From Gemmatimonadota bacterium (GTDB taxonomy: Bacteria > Gemmatimonadota > Gemmatimonadetes > Palauibacterales > Palauibacteraceae), in the NCBI GenBank assembly GCA_039588275.1, contig JBDHAC010000010.1, forward strand, positions 1 to 64,000: DNA of 64,000 bases, written 5' to 3'. Below, in pieces: positions 17,166-27,200 of the stretch. The notes under the pieces were generated by a model. The model worked only from the letters and a program-made list of their open reading frames with translations. It ran no database searches and was not told the DNA's origin. Numbering within the stretch: position 1 is the first letter of the stretch; each line of letters begins with the position of its first letter. Position numbers and translations under genes: made by a program.

Positions 17166-18221
17166 TCACGGACTCCCATCTCGCGGGCGATCGCCGCGCC
17201 AGTATCCGATCTGGTGCGTCTCGCCTGGCTCGTCGAGCACGATCACGCCCGGCGCGGTCCGCTGGAGCTCTGCGACGAGCGCCTCGCGGCTCCCGGTTCT
17301 CCCGAACCACGACGTCGGTGCCCCGGGGGCGGGCACATGGATGGCGACCACTCGCTCCGCGCCGATCTCACGTACGAGGCGCGCACCCTCATCCTCCAGC
17401 AGCTTCCAATACGGTAGGAGGGCCAGGTGGATTCCCTCGTCCGCGAGTCGGTAGGTGGCGAAGTCCTCTACACCGGCCTCGGTGTCGCCGACATGCAGCG
17501 CCTTGAATCCTCCCGAGTTGACGAGCAATCCCAGGTTCTGGACCGGCGGATCGAAATCGCGCCCGTGATGCAGCCTGAGGATGCGGACATCGATATCGTC
17601 GAACGAGAGCACCGTGTCCCGTCCCTCGTCCGGCCACACCCCCACCACGCGCTCGAGTACCGCGGTCGGTTCCGCGCCACCTGCCGAAGACCCGGCCGGG
17701 TCTTCGGCGGGGTCGCTCGAGGCCGCATCGAGCAGGGCTGCGGTCTGTCTGGTCGAGACGAAGCGAGCGACGGGGTTGTTCCTCAGGTGCCGAAGAACCG
17801 CCGCCGCGTCGAAATGGTCGGCATGATGGTGGGAAGCGAGCACGAGCTCGACACCGCTGAAGGCACCGATGCCTCGTTCGACCGCCTCACGCATCGAGCT
17901 ACTGACGGTCTCGTAGCCACTCACGCCGTCGCGAAACAGCGCGTCGATGAGCACGGTCTTGCCCGCCGCGACGAGCATCACGCCTTCGTTGGCGATGTAT
18001 GCGATCAGCGCGGAGTCACGCGGGGCTCGACTGGCCGTTTCGATCGCCGCGTTCGTTCCCCCGGCGGCCGTCGCCTCGATGTTGCCCGCCTGCTCGGCGA
18101 CCTCTGCAGTGGCCGTCGCCCGCTCGTTCGCCTCCCCGCAAGACCACAGGGTGGCTGCCGGAACGAGCGCGACCAGGACGCGAGACGTGGCCGCACGGAT
18201 CGTGAGCGCCGGGCGTGTCAT
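17166..18221 (-). CDS. Exported metallo-beta-lactamase-fold hydrolase
   Basis: YIANEGVML, VLIDALF, SHHHADH (HxHxDH), LHHG and HVGD; N-terminal lipoprotein-like signal. Confidence 0.85.
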   Translation of the reverse strand: MTRPALTIRAATSRVLVALVPAATLWSCGEANERATATAEVAEQAGNIEATAAGGTNAAIETASRAPRDSALIAYIANEGVMLVAAGKTVLIDALFRDGVSGYETVSSSMREAVERGIGAFSGVELVLASHHHADHFDAAAVLRHLRNNPVARFVSTRQTAALLDAASSDPAEDPAGSSAGGAEPTAVLERVVGVWPDEGRDTVLSFDDIDVRILRLHHGRDFDPPVQNLGLLVNSGGFKALHVGDTEAGVEDFATYRLADEGIHLALLPYWKLLEDEGARLVREIGAERVVAIHVPAPGAPTSWFGRTGSREALVAELQRTAPGVIVLDEPGETHQIGYWRGDRPRDGSP

Positions 18222-18230
18222 GGCCCGACG

Positions 18231-20279
18231 CTAGCCTGACGAGCGTCTCCCAACAACGCCGCGGCCCCATACGTTGTTCGATCGGTCGACATCGGGGAGC
18301 ACGCCGTCGGGGTCGATCTGCACGTGACGCAGACGCTTCTCGGAAACTTCGAACACGAACTGGCCGGCCTCGGACCAGTGCTCTACCCCTACGTCCCTGA
18401 ACTCCTCGGTACCGTCTCGGAAGATGAGGCGTAGCTCGAGGGGCATCACGATCCGGCCCCGATTCTCGATTGTGACCACGGTCCGGTCGTCCACCACGTG
18501 CACGCTCGCGACGGCCTGATCGAGCGTACCGTTCTCGTACACCCAGCCCCGGAAGAACCAATCCAATTCCTGGCCGGTCACGTCTTCCATCGTGCGGATG
18601 AAGTCCGCGGGCTGGGGGTGTTTGAATGACCAGCGGCGGATGTACTCGCGGAAAGCTTCGTCGAACAACTCCGGGCCCAAGACCGTTTCGCGCAAGAGCA
18701 CGAGGACCGCCGCGGGCTTGTTGTAGGCCAGGAACCCGATCTCGTTCTCGTCGAGGCTGTCGGGGACCGTGAGCATCGGGTGCTCGGCGGAACGCATGTC
18801 GTCAGCGATCTGTCCGGGCTGCATCAGGGCGGCCAGGATCGGCGCGCCGCCCGAGAACACCATCCCCGAGTAGTAGTTGATGAAGGTGTTGAAGCCCTCG
18901 TCCATCCACGCATACCGGCGTTCATCCGAGCCGACCATCATGGGAAACCACGTGTGCCCGATCTCGTGGTCGGTGACCGCGAACAGGAAGCCGCCCCGCG
19001 CCTGGTGCGAGCAGAACACGATCATCGGGTATTCCATCCCGAGCGCGAGCCCCCCGACGTTGATGGCGACCGGATACGGGTAGCGGGCCCACTGCTCCGA
19101 ATAGTGCTTGATGGAATGGCGCAGATACTCCGTCGACCGCTCCCAGCCCGAGAACCTCTGCCCGCCGAGTGACTCTTCCGGATAGGCGGACATGATCAGC
19201 ACGTCTTCCCAACTCGCCGCATCCCAGATGAACCGGTCGGAGGCCGCCCACGCGACATCTCTGACGTTCTCGGCGCGGAACACCCAGGTGAGCGGCGCCT
19301 CACCCTCCGGTCGCGTCGACCGTTCTCCCGCTTCGTCCTCACCGATGATGGGGATCGTCGTCGCGCTGCGGCGCGCCTCGCGTAACCGGGCCTGCTGCTC
19401 CTGGGTCAGCACCTGTTCCGGATTCTGGAGCTCACCAGTCGCGACCACGATGTAGTCGCGCGGCACCGTGAGCTCCAGATCGAAATCCCCGTACTCCAGG
19501 TACCACTCTCCCTGGCCCAGATAGGGCAGGTTGTTCCAGCCGTTCACGTCATCATACGTGAACATGCGTGGGTACCATTGGGCCAACTCGTAGATGGTCC
19601 CCCGCCGGATCTTGAGACGGCCCATGCGGTCGGCGCCGGTTTCCGGAATCTCGAACGCGAACTCGAGGTCGAGCCGGAGCTGCGCCCCACCGGGGGCGAG
19701 CGGTTCCGGCAGGAGGACCTCCATCATCGTGTCCTCGATCCGATACTCGGGGGCGAAGGCCTGCCCCTCGAGATCGATCGTGACGCCCTGTATGTCGAAC
19801 CCGCCATCCTTGAAGAACCCGCCGTGTCGCTGGCCCTCCTCGGCACGCTCCGCCCCGTAGCTGTCCTCGCGAAACAGGTTCTGGTCGAGCTGGAGCCACA
19901 GGCTCCGGAGCGAGTCGGGGCTGTTGTTCGTGTAGGTGATCGTCTCGCTTCCGCTGATGCGATGATCGCCATCATCGAGCGTCACCCGGATCACGTAGTC
20001 GGCGCGTTGCTGCCAATAGTCCTCGCCCGGGGCGCCCGATGCGCCACGGAAGTCATCGAATGCCGGAAGCTCGAGCGGATCGAAGGCGTGCTCGGGATCC
20101 GGAAGACGCTCCGGGTCCGGCGCCGAGGCCTCCTCTGTGACGGGTTCTTGAGCGAGGGCGACTCCGACGACGTGGCCGCCGGTGTGCACGACGAGAGGGA
20201 CGGGCGGTATCGAGACGGCAGGAGCGATGAAGACGCAGAGCGATGCGGTTGCGAGGGCTCGCACGATGTGAGGTCTCAT
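18231..20279 (-). CDS. M1-family metallo-aminopeptidase, secreted
   Basis: GMEYPM, HEIGHTWF...WMDEG and YWQQRADY; signal peptide from MRPHIVRAL. Confidence 0.92.
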   Translation of the reverse strand: MRPHIVRALATASLCVFIAPAVSIPPVPLVVHTGGHVVGVALAQEPVTEEASAPDPERLPDPEHAFDPLELPAFDDFRGASGAPGEDYWQQRADYVIRVTLDDGDHRISGSETITYTNNSPDSLRSLWLQLDQNLFREDSYGAERAEEGQRHGGFFKDGGFDIQGVTIDLEGQAFAPEYRIEDTMMEVLLPEPLAPGGAQLRLDLEFAFEIPETGADRMGRLKIRRGTIYELAQWYPRMFTYDDVNGWNNLPYLGQGEWYLEYGDFDLELTVPRDYIVVATGELQNPEQVLTQEQQARLREARRSATTIPIIGEDEAGERSTRPEGEAPLTWVFRAENVRDVAWAASDRFIWDAASWEDVLIMSAYPEESLGGQRFSGWERSTEYLRHSIKHYSEQWARYPYPVAINVGGLALGMEYPMIVFCSHQARGGFLFAVTDHEIGHTWFPMMVGSDERRYAWMDEGFNTFINYYSGMVFSGGAPILAALMQPGQIADDMRSAEHPMLTVPDSLDENEIGFLAYNKPAAVLVLLRETVLGPELFDEAFREYIRRWSFKHPQPADFIRTMEDVTGQELDWFFRGWVYENGTLDQAVASVHVVDDRTVVTIENRGRIVMPLELRLIFRDGTEEFRDVGVEHWSEAGQFVFEVSEKRLRHVQIDPDGVLPDVDRSNNVWGRGVVGRRSSG

Positions 20280-20394
20280 TCTCGATCTTTCTCCGGGCGC
20301 GAACGGGGTGCATCGCGTCGCGCGCGGACCCCGGCCTCCGTTGAATCGCGTACGCCACCTACAACCCGAAGCTGCGGCTGGAGTTTCCTCCCGG

Positions 20395-21018
20395 TTATCC
20401 GTCCGTCCCCTGGACGAGGAACTCCGACGCGGTGACGCGAACCTCGAAGGTCTGGCTCGAACGGCTCGGAACGAGAGCGACTTCGCGGTATTCGTGGGCG
20501 AGGAGCGGATCCAGGAAGCTGAAGCGCGTCGCGAGATCGAAGAAATCGACGGGCTTCTGAACCGCAAGCGATAGGACCGTCCGCGGCCTGGTATCTCGAT
20601 CGTTCAGCCCGCGGTAGCTCCCCGAGACCCGGTCGAGCTCGTATTGGGCGTGAAGGCCGAGCCCCGTGACGAGCGGACGCCATTTCAGCACGTGGGCCTC
20701 TAGCTGGATAGCGTCGCCGGCGATTCGGTACGTGCGGCTGATTCCACCCGGGAACGTGAACTTGGCACGGATCGAGTCGGTCGAGATCCGTTCCGTGGTG
20801 ACCGTCACCGCCACGTCCTCGCCCGTGAGCGACCGGTACCCCTGCGTCCCGACGGCGATGGCCCCGAACAGGATCGCGCCGGCGAGCAGCCCGCATCCGA
20901 CCAGCAACATCCCGACGCCCCCCACCCAACGGTGTTGGCGCAGCGACCCGGAGCTGGCCAGGAAGAAGAAGAGCGCTAGGATCGCGCACGCGATCGCGAC
21001 GGCGTCGACGATAGCCAT
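20395..21018 (-). CDS. Conserved hypothetical membrane protein
   Basis: Two N-terminal TMs, then GDAIQLEAHVLKWRP and YELDRVSGSY. Confidence 0.7.
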   Translation of the reverse strand: MAIVDAVAIACAILALFFFLASSGSLRQHRWVGGVGMLLVGCGLLAGAILFGAIAVGTQGYRSLTGEDVAVTVTTERISTDSIRAKFTFPGGISRTYRIAGDAIQLEAHVLKWRPLVTGLGLHAQYELDRVSGSYRGLNDRDTRPRTVLSLAVQKPVDFFDLATRFSFLDPLLAHEYREVALVPSRSSQTFEVRVTASEFLVQGTDG

Positions 21019-21384
21019 GGGCCGCGAACCTACGCCGGGCGAGTCTATCCGTCGAGTGTGGCCAGTGTCGCGCCGGCACACGGATTCAGGCCCCCTGCCG
21101 CGGTCTGCACGCCGCAGGGGCGAACTGCCGGTGGCAGCGCCTGACGCCGTGCCGCTTTCTGCCGGAGCCCGGCCACACTCAGCGCGGTCCATATTCAGAT
21201 CCCTGATGCGTAACACGTTGTCAACAGGCCGCTTGCGTAGCTACTGGGATCGCGCGCGCGGTATCTGTGGACGTGCTACGGTCTTCTCTTTGCACCACGT
21301 CCTCGAATGCGAAGCGGGCGAGGTGCGCCCGGTCACCGTCGCCGGAAGGCGACAGGTTGGCGGCGGAGCGGAAAAAAAAGTGGG

Positions 21385-22521
21385 ATGACCGCGGGGGTCC
21401 CTGTGGAAGTACAGCAACGGTTGAGACAAGCTAAGGAAGAGAACGGCTTTGCCCTCGCGGTGACCCTGTTGGCGCTCCTCGCACTGACGGCGATCTCTAC
21501 GGCAGGATTCCTCCTCTCTCACACCGATCTCCGGGTGAGCCAGAACCACAGGAGCAGCGTCGACGCCTTTTACATGGCGGACGCGGGGCTCGCCAACTAC
21601 CTGGCCCGGGGCAACGTCTCGACCGACACGCAGGTGTACCACTTCCCGTCCGGCTCCACCTACGTGTGGGGAGAGCCGCTCGTGGACGTGAATGACGCGA
21701 GCGCGCTGTGGCGCGTGCTCTCACGAAGCGCATACACCCGTCTGGACGGACTCGGCGCGAGCAGAATGTTGAGCAGGACGGTGCTGGAGGCACCGGCCCC
21801 GTTCAACCTGTACGCAGCCGTGATCGCGCCCGGCGGCTTGAACAAGAACGGCGCGGCGGGGCTGGTCTCGGGCTTCGATGCGGCGACGCCCGCGGATTGC
21901 TCGATCGGCGGAACGCAGAATGTGGCCGGCCTCGTCGTGCCGCCCGGGGGACTCAGTGCCCGAGGGCTACTCAATGCCAGATCCCCGAGCTCCCCGCCGG
22001 GTGCACCTCCGACCCGGGGCTTCGCGGGGAATCCCGGGGTCGACTCGAGCCAAGTCGCCATGGCTATGCTTCAGGCCACGAAGATTCCCTGGCAGAGCCT
22101 GATCACCGGCAACTACGTGGGGTTCGACTACGTAGTCTCGCAGACCGGTTATCCGAGCTTCCGGACCCAGGTTCCGCAGGGCGACTGGCCGGTCATTCTG
22201 GTCGATCAGCCCGGATACCGAATGAACCCGACGATGAGCGGTCGCGGCACGCTGATCGTGCTGAACGACCTCGCCTTGAGCGGGAATCTGCAATGGGACG
22301 GGATCATCCTCGTGGGAGACGACGTGACCAGCAACGGTAGGCAAACCGTGCGCGGCGCGGTCGTGGCCGGCCTGAACCTGATGTTGAATCAGTCTACCGT
22401 GAAACCCGTTCAGGCGAACGGGAACTGGGACTTCCAATACCACTCGTGCAACATCCGGCTCGCGCTTGGCGGCCTCGGCCCGGTCGTCGAGGAGCCTGGC
22501 ACGTGGTCGGAGGTCATGTAA
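21385..22521 (+). CDS. PilX-like type IV minor pilin / pilus assembly protein
   Basis: Prepilin-type EENG|FALAVTLLALLALTAI with no Glu at +5, as in PilX, followed by AFYMADAGL. Confidence 0.75.
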   Translation: MTAGVPVEVQQRLRQAKEENGFALAVTLLALLALTAISTAGFLLSHTDLRVSQNHRSSVDAFYMADAGLANYLARGNVSTDTQVYHFPSGSTYVWGEPLVDVNDASALWRVLSRSAYTRLDGLGASRMLSRTVLEAPAPFNLYAAVIAPGGLNKNGAAGLVSGFDAATPADCSIGGTQNVAGLVVPPGGLSARGLLNARSPSSPPGAPPTRGFAGNPGVDSSQVAMAMLQATKIPWQSLITGNYVGFDYVVSQTGYPSFRTQVPQGDWPVILVDQPGYRMNPTMSGRGTLIVLNDLALSGNLQWDGIILVGDDVTSNGRQTVRGAVVAGLNLMLNQSTVKPVQANGNWDFQYHSCNIRLALGGLGPVVEEPGTWSEVM

Positions 22522-22535
22522 GGATCTACAGCTCG

Positions 22536-22592
22536 GCGCGAGGGTCTGGCGGCGGCCTCCCAGCCTCCCAATTAAGCCGCCGGCCCTCGCGC
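22536..22592 (+). terminator. GC-rich stem-loop after the PilX-like gene (possible terminator or stabiliser)
   Basis: GCGCGAGGGTCTGGCGGC ... GCCGCCGGCCCTCGCGC imperfect inverted repeat; only a weak T-tract. Confidence 0.45.
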
Positions 22593-22694
22593 TTCCTCAT
22601 TCCCGCGTGATCAACCGGCCCGACCCACCCGAGTGAGTCCGATCTTCCCGGTCTTCGGCTCGCATGCGGCATCACGCCGCGTTATACGTACGCA

Positions 22695-23933
22695 ATGCGA
22701 CCCGGACCTCCGCCGCGCATCGATCGTGAGAGCGTCGTCAGGCTCTGGCTCCAACGTCAGGGCTTGGATCGCCCACGCGGGTCGCGACCGCTTACGCGCA
22801 CTGGCCTGACCGATCACCTCGAACGGGCCGGGGCCCTCCAGCTCGACACGATCAACGTCGTGGATCGCGCACACTATTTGACCTTGTGGAGCCGCTACGG
22901 CGCGTACGATCGGACGAAGCTCGACCGGTGGGTGTACCGGGACCGGATCGCGTACGAGTACTGGGGGCACGAGGCATCGATCCTGCCGATCTCGCACCTT
23001 CCCCTCGGGCGGCGGCGCATGCGTCGCTTCCCGCCCAAGAGCTGGAGCGGGAAGTCGTGGTGGTCGGTGTATTCGACCTCCACCGCGTCCAAGCGCCGTG
23101 TCCTCAAGCGCCTGCGCGAGGAGGGCCCGCTCGAGAGCGCGGATTTCGAGCGCACGGACGAACACTTCGATGACCCTCGCCTGCTCGGTGGGGCCATGCC
23201 GGTCCCCAAAGAGGACAAGCGCTCGCTAAAGTTGCTGTGGCACGACGGGCGGGTCGCCGTCCGTGAGCGCCGCCACTTCCGCTGTGTGTATGACCTGGCG
23301 GAGCGGGTCTACCCCGACGGCGACGCCGCCACCCCGACCGAGTTCGAGGACAGCTGGCTTCTGATCGGACTGGCGGGAAACGGGATCGCCAGCGAGCGGC
23401 ACCTGCTCAACTACTGGACCGCACCCAAGCTCGGGGCCGAGACCCGGCGGCGAGTGATCGCCCGCAACCTGAAGAAGGGACGGGTCGTCGAGGTGCGCGT
23501 GGACGGCGTTCGCGGACCGTGCTACGCGCTGCCCGAGCACCTGGACGGAATCGAGGCTGTGCCGGCGCCGAAGGGCACGACGCTTCTGTGTCCTTTCGAT
23601 TCGCTGCTTTGGCGGCGGGAGCGCGTGGAGGAGCTGCTCGACTTTCGCTATCGGATCGAGATCTACGTCCCGCCCGCCAAACGCCAGTACGGCTACTACG
23701 TGCTTCCCATCCTGCACGACGGGCGGTTGGTCGGGCGACTGGATCCCAAGCTACACCGGGATCGCGGCCTCCTCGAGATCAAGTCGCTGCACCTGGAGGA
23801 CGGCTTCGACGGCGATTCCAGGTTCGTGGCCGGGCTTCGCGGGTCGCTGGCCAGCCTGGCGGAGTTCGTGGGAGCCGACGACCTGCAGCTCCCGCGCAAG
23901 CTCCCGCGCGGATGGCAGGGGAAGCTCGCGTAG
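22695..23933 (+). CDS. YcaQ/AlkZ-like (HTH_42) crosslink-repair DNA glycosylase family protein
   Basis: LQLDTINVVDRAHYLTLWSR, YEYWGHEAS, LLCPFDSL, YRIEIYVPPAKRQYGYYVLPIL and GRLDPKLHR. Confidence 0.9.
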   Translation: MRPGPPPRIDRESVVRLWLQRQGLDRPRGSRPLTRTGLTDHLERAGALQLDTINVVDRAHYLTLWSRYGAYDRTKLDRWVYRDRIAYEYWGHEASILPISHLPLGRRRMRRFPPKSWSGKSWWSVYSTSTASKRRVLKRLREEGPLESADFERTDEHFDDPRLLGGAMPVPKEDKRSLKLLWHDGRVAVRERRHFRCVYDLAERVYPDGDAATPTEFEDSWLLIGLAGNGIASERHLLNYWTAPKLGAETRRRVIARNLKKGRVVEVRVDGVRGPCYALPEHLDGIEAVPAPKGTTLLCPFDSLLWRRERVEELLDFRYRIEIYVPPAKRQYGYYVLPILHDGRLVGRLDPKLHRDRGLLEIKSLHLEDGFDGDSRFVAGLRGSLASLAEFVGADDLQLPRKLPRGWQGKLA

Positions 23934-24170
23934 CCCGGGCGGGCGCGCCGGGCGCCGGAAACGGAAGCCACAAACGAGGGCGCTGGCGCAAGTCACCCGG
24001 CCTCGCTTTCTTCCCCCACCTCGACAACCAGCGCTCCTACGACGGAGTGCCTCGCCAGCGTCCGCTCGCGGCGGAGGGCCTCAAGGTGACGGAGCCCGAG
24101 GTGGGGGCGGGGATTCGGTAGTCACTCGCGAACTCGAGATGCGCGCCGCGTCACTCGGCGCAGTTGGATG

Positions 24171-24202
24171 CGAAGAGGGCGGCCGATTGGCCGCCCTCTT
24201 CG
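24171..24202. terminator. Hairpin downstream of RCC1 lipoprotein 1
   Basis: CGAAGAGGGCGGCC-GATT-GGCCGCCCTCTTCG, a perfect 14-bp stem; the same core recurs at 31426. Confidence 0.7.
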
Positions 24203-24274
24203 TTCAGACAACGCCTTCCCTGCACTGAGTCAGTCTGTGCTCGCCCTGACGTCGGATGTGCGAGCCCGGAAGGC

Positions 24275-27200
24275 CTATGGATCCTGCACCCGGGCCGGCG
24301 AAGGGGAGTTCGTGGTGGTCCCGTCGCCCAGTTGCCCCTGTCCGTTAGCACCCCAGCAGAAGCCTTCCCACGTGGCGGTCAGACCGCAGCTGAACCAGTT
24401 GCCGGGGCTGACGGCCTGAAACGACAGGCCGCCCTGTACCTGCACGGGCTGAGGCTGGTTCACCGTCGTGAGGTCACCCAGTTGTCCGCGGTGATTGCGG
24501 CCCCAGCAATAGGTCTGACCGGTCGTCGTGATGCCGCAGTTGTGCCCGACACCCTTCCCGGCCTCGACCGACTGCCAGCTAAGGCCACCCGATACGAGCG
24601 TCGGGACGAACCTTTCGCTCGTGGTTCCGTCCCCGATCTCTCCGTTTGGATTCCGGCCCCAGCAGTAGGCGTCGTCGTTCGTGGCCAGCGCGCAGGTGTG
24701 CGTCGAGGCCGCATCGATCGTCGAGAACGTGGTCCCGCCGGATACCTGGACCGGTGACGTGTAGGAGCCGGACGTGGATCCGTTGCCGACCCGGCCGCCG
24801 AACCCCCAGCAATAGGCGAGGTTGGTGTCCGTCACTCCGCAGCTGTGGTTGTCCCCCGTTGTAATGTCGATGAACGTGAGTCCACCGCCGACCGGGGTCG
24901 GCATCAACCGGTCGGTGAACGTGCCATCTCCCAGGTTCCCCCACCCGTTGTTCCCCCAGCAGTAGCCCGCACCCGTGTCCGTCACACCGCAGGTGGTCTC
25001 GAACGTCGCGTCGAGCACGTTCCACTTCAGGCCGCTCGCGACGAGGACCGGAGTCGGTCGCTGCGTGGTCGTGTTGTCGCCGAGCTGACCGTGACTGTTG
25101 TTGCCCCAGCAGTAAGCATCGCCGTTCGTCGTTATGCCGCACATGTGGGCGTCACCCGCGGCCAGTGTCGTGAACGTGTGCCCACCCGACACGGGGCCTG
25201 GCGTTGAGCGGCTCGTCACGCCCGAGTTGTCCCCGAGCTCGCCCCTCGTGTTGATCCCCCAGCAGTGGGCCGCTCCGAAGGGGTCGAGACCGCAGGCGAA
25301 CGTGGCCCCGGCCTCTACCTGCGTGAAGGTGATGTCGCACGGATCGCCGACCCCATCCTCGTCCGCGTCCGCCTGGTTTTCGTTGGCGTCGACCGGGCAG
25401 TTGTCATCGGCGTCCGGGATGAAGTCACCATCGCCGTCCGGCCCTGGAGAGGGCGGCGTCGAGCCGTCGCCGGGGATTGCGATGGATCGCGGCGCAGCAC
25501 CGACACCGATGGTTTGCGCTACGGTGTTCGTGCTGAGGTCGACCGCCGCGACTTCGCCGAGGGCCTCGAGCGTCAGGTACGCGAAGGCGCCATCAGGCGT
25601 AACGGCCAGTCCGCGAGGCTCCGAGTCGGTCACGCCATCGTCCAGGAGAACCCGGGCCGTCTCGCTGTTCGTGCTTGTCGAGATCACGCTCAGGGCTCCA
25701 CCCAACTGGCCGGGGGTCGAAGCGGTTACGCCCCGCATCGAGGCATACAGCGTCGATCCGTCGGAGCTGGCCGTCAGATCCTGCGTGTCGCAGTGGATCC
25801 CGAGACCGGAGACGGTGGCGCCGACGGCCAGGCTCGGCCAGATGCCGAACTCGCTCATGCCGCAGCCGGCTGCCACGTTCGCTTGATATCCGCGGCGGAC
25901 GCCGTCGTCCACCATGGCGAGCGCGCCGGGCTGGCCGGCCAAGATCCGACCCAACGGCACGATGGCGCGGGCGTTGAGGACCTCGATCCCGTTGCCGTTC
26001 GTCGCGATGTGCGAGACGAACGCGTACACACCGTCCGGCGAGAACGTGACGTCTCTCGGGCTCCTGCCCGTCCACTGCGCCCCGCCGATGACGGCACGGC
26101 TGGGGATATCGATGACGGCGACGGCCGAGCGGTCGGTGCAGAAGTTGTCGGGGTGGCCCATCCGGTACGCCGTCGCCATCGCGACGAAGGCTCGCGTGCC
26201 GTCCGGCGATATGGTAATCGCGTTCCCGTTCGCGGGACCCGGAGTTCCATCGCAGGCCGTCGCGAAGCCGAGCGGAATCCGGGTCGACTCCTCCTGGTTC
26301 GTGGCCAGGTCGATGACCGACACCGTGTTGTCGGCCCGGTTGAGCACCAGGGCGAGCGATCCGTCGGGCGTGATGTCGATGTCGTAGGGGTTATTCCCCA
26401 CCGCGATAGGCAGTCCGTCCACCTGGTGCGTTCCGGTGCGGATCACCGAGACGGTGCCGTCGGCGCTGTTCGTGACGTAAGCGGGAGGACCACTCGCGAC
26501 CGTCGGGAGGCCCTGGACCGGGCTCGGGCTCGTGACGCTGCGGCCCGCGCTGCCCGTACCGGCCTGACCGGCCCAGTTGGCGCCCCAGCACTCGGTCACG
26601 CCCGTCGGCGTCACGCCACAGGTCGTGTAGAGACCCGCGTCGATCGCGTCGTATGGCCCACCCTGCACCTGCACCGGCGTTGGCTGATTGACGCCGCTGC
26701 CGTTCCCCAGCTGCCCATAGCCCCCGTAGCCCCAGCACTCGACCGTCCCGCTCGATTGCCGGGCGCAACTATGGTAGTGGCCCGCGCTGATCTCGTCGTA
26801 CGCGCCGCCCTGCACCTGCACTGGCGTCGCTTGAACGTTAGTCGTGCTGCCGTCTCCGCGCTGCCCAAACCGCCCGTAGCCCCAGCACTCGACCGTCCCG
26901 CTCGACTGCCGGGCGCAGGTATGGTAGGAGCCCAGTGCGATCTCAACGTACACGCCGCCCTGCACCTGGACGGGCGTCGGCTGCTGCGTAGTCGTGCTGC
27001 CGTCCCCGCGCTGCCCCTGCTGGCCGTGGCCCCAGCACTCGACCCCCCCGCCCGAACGCCGGGCGCAGGTATGGTGGGCACCCAGCGCGATCTCGGCGTA
27101 CGGACCACCCTGTACTTGGACGGGCGCCAGCTGATTCAGCGTACTGCCGTCTCCCAGTTGACCGGGCCGCCCGTAGCCCCAGCACTCGACCGTTCCACTC

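Noticed and set aside
21204..21225. dif-like or IHF-like site GATGCGTAACACGTTGTCAAC
   Set aside because: Poor match to dif and only a partial match to the IHF consensus.
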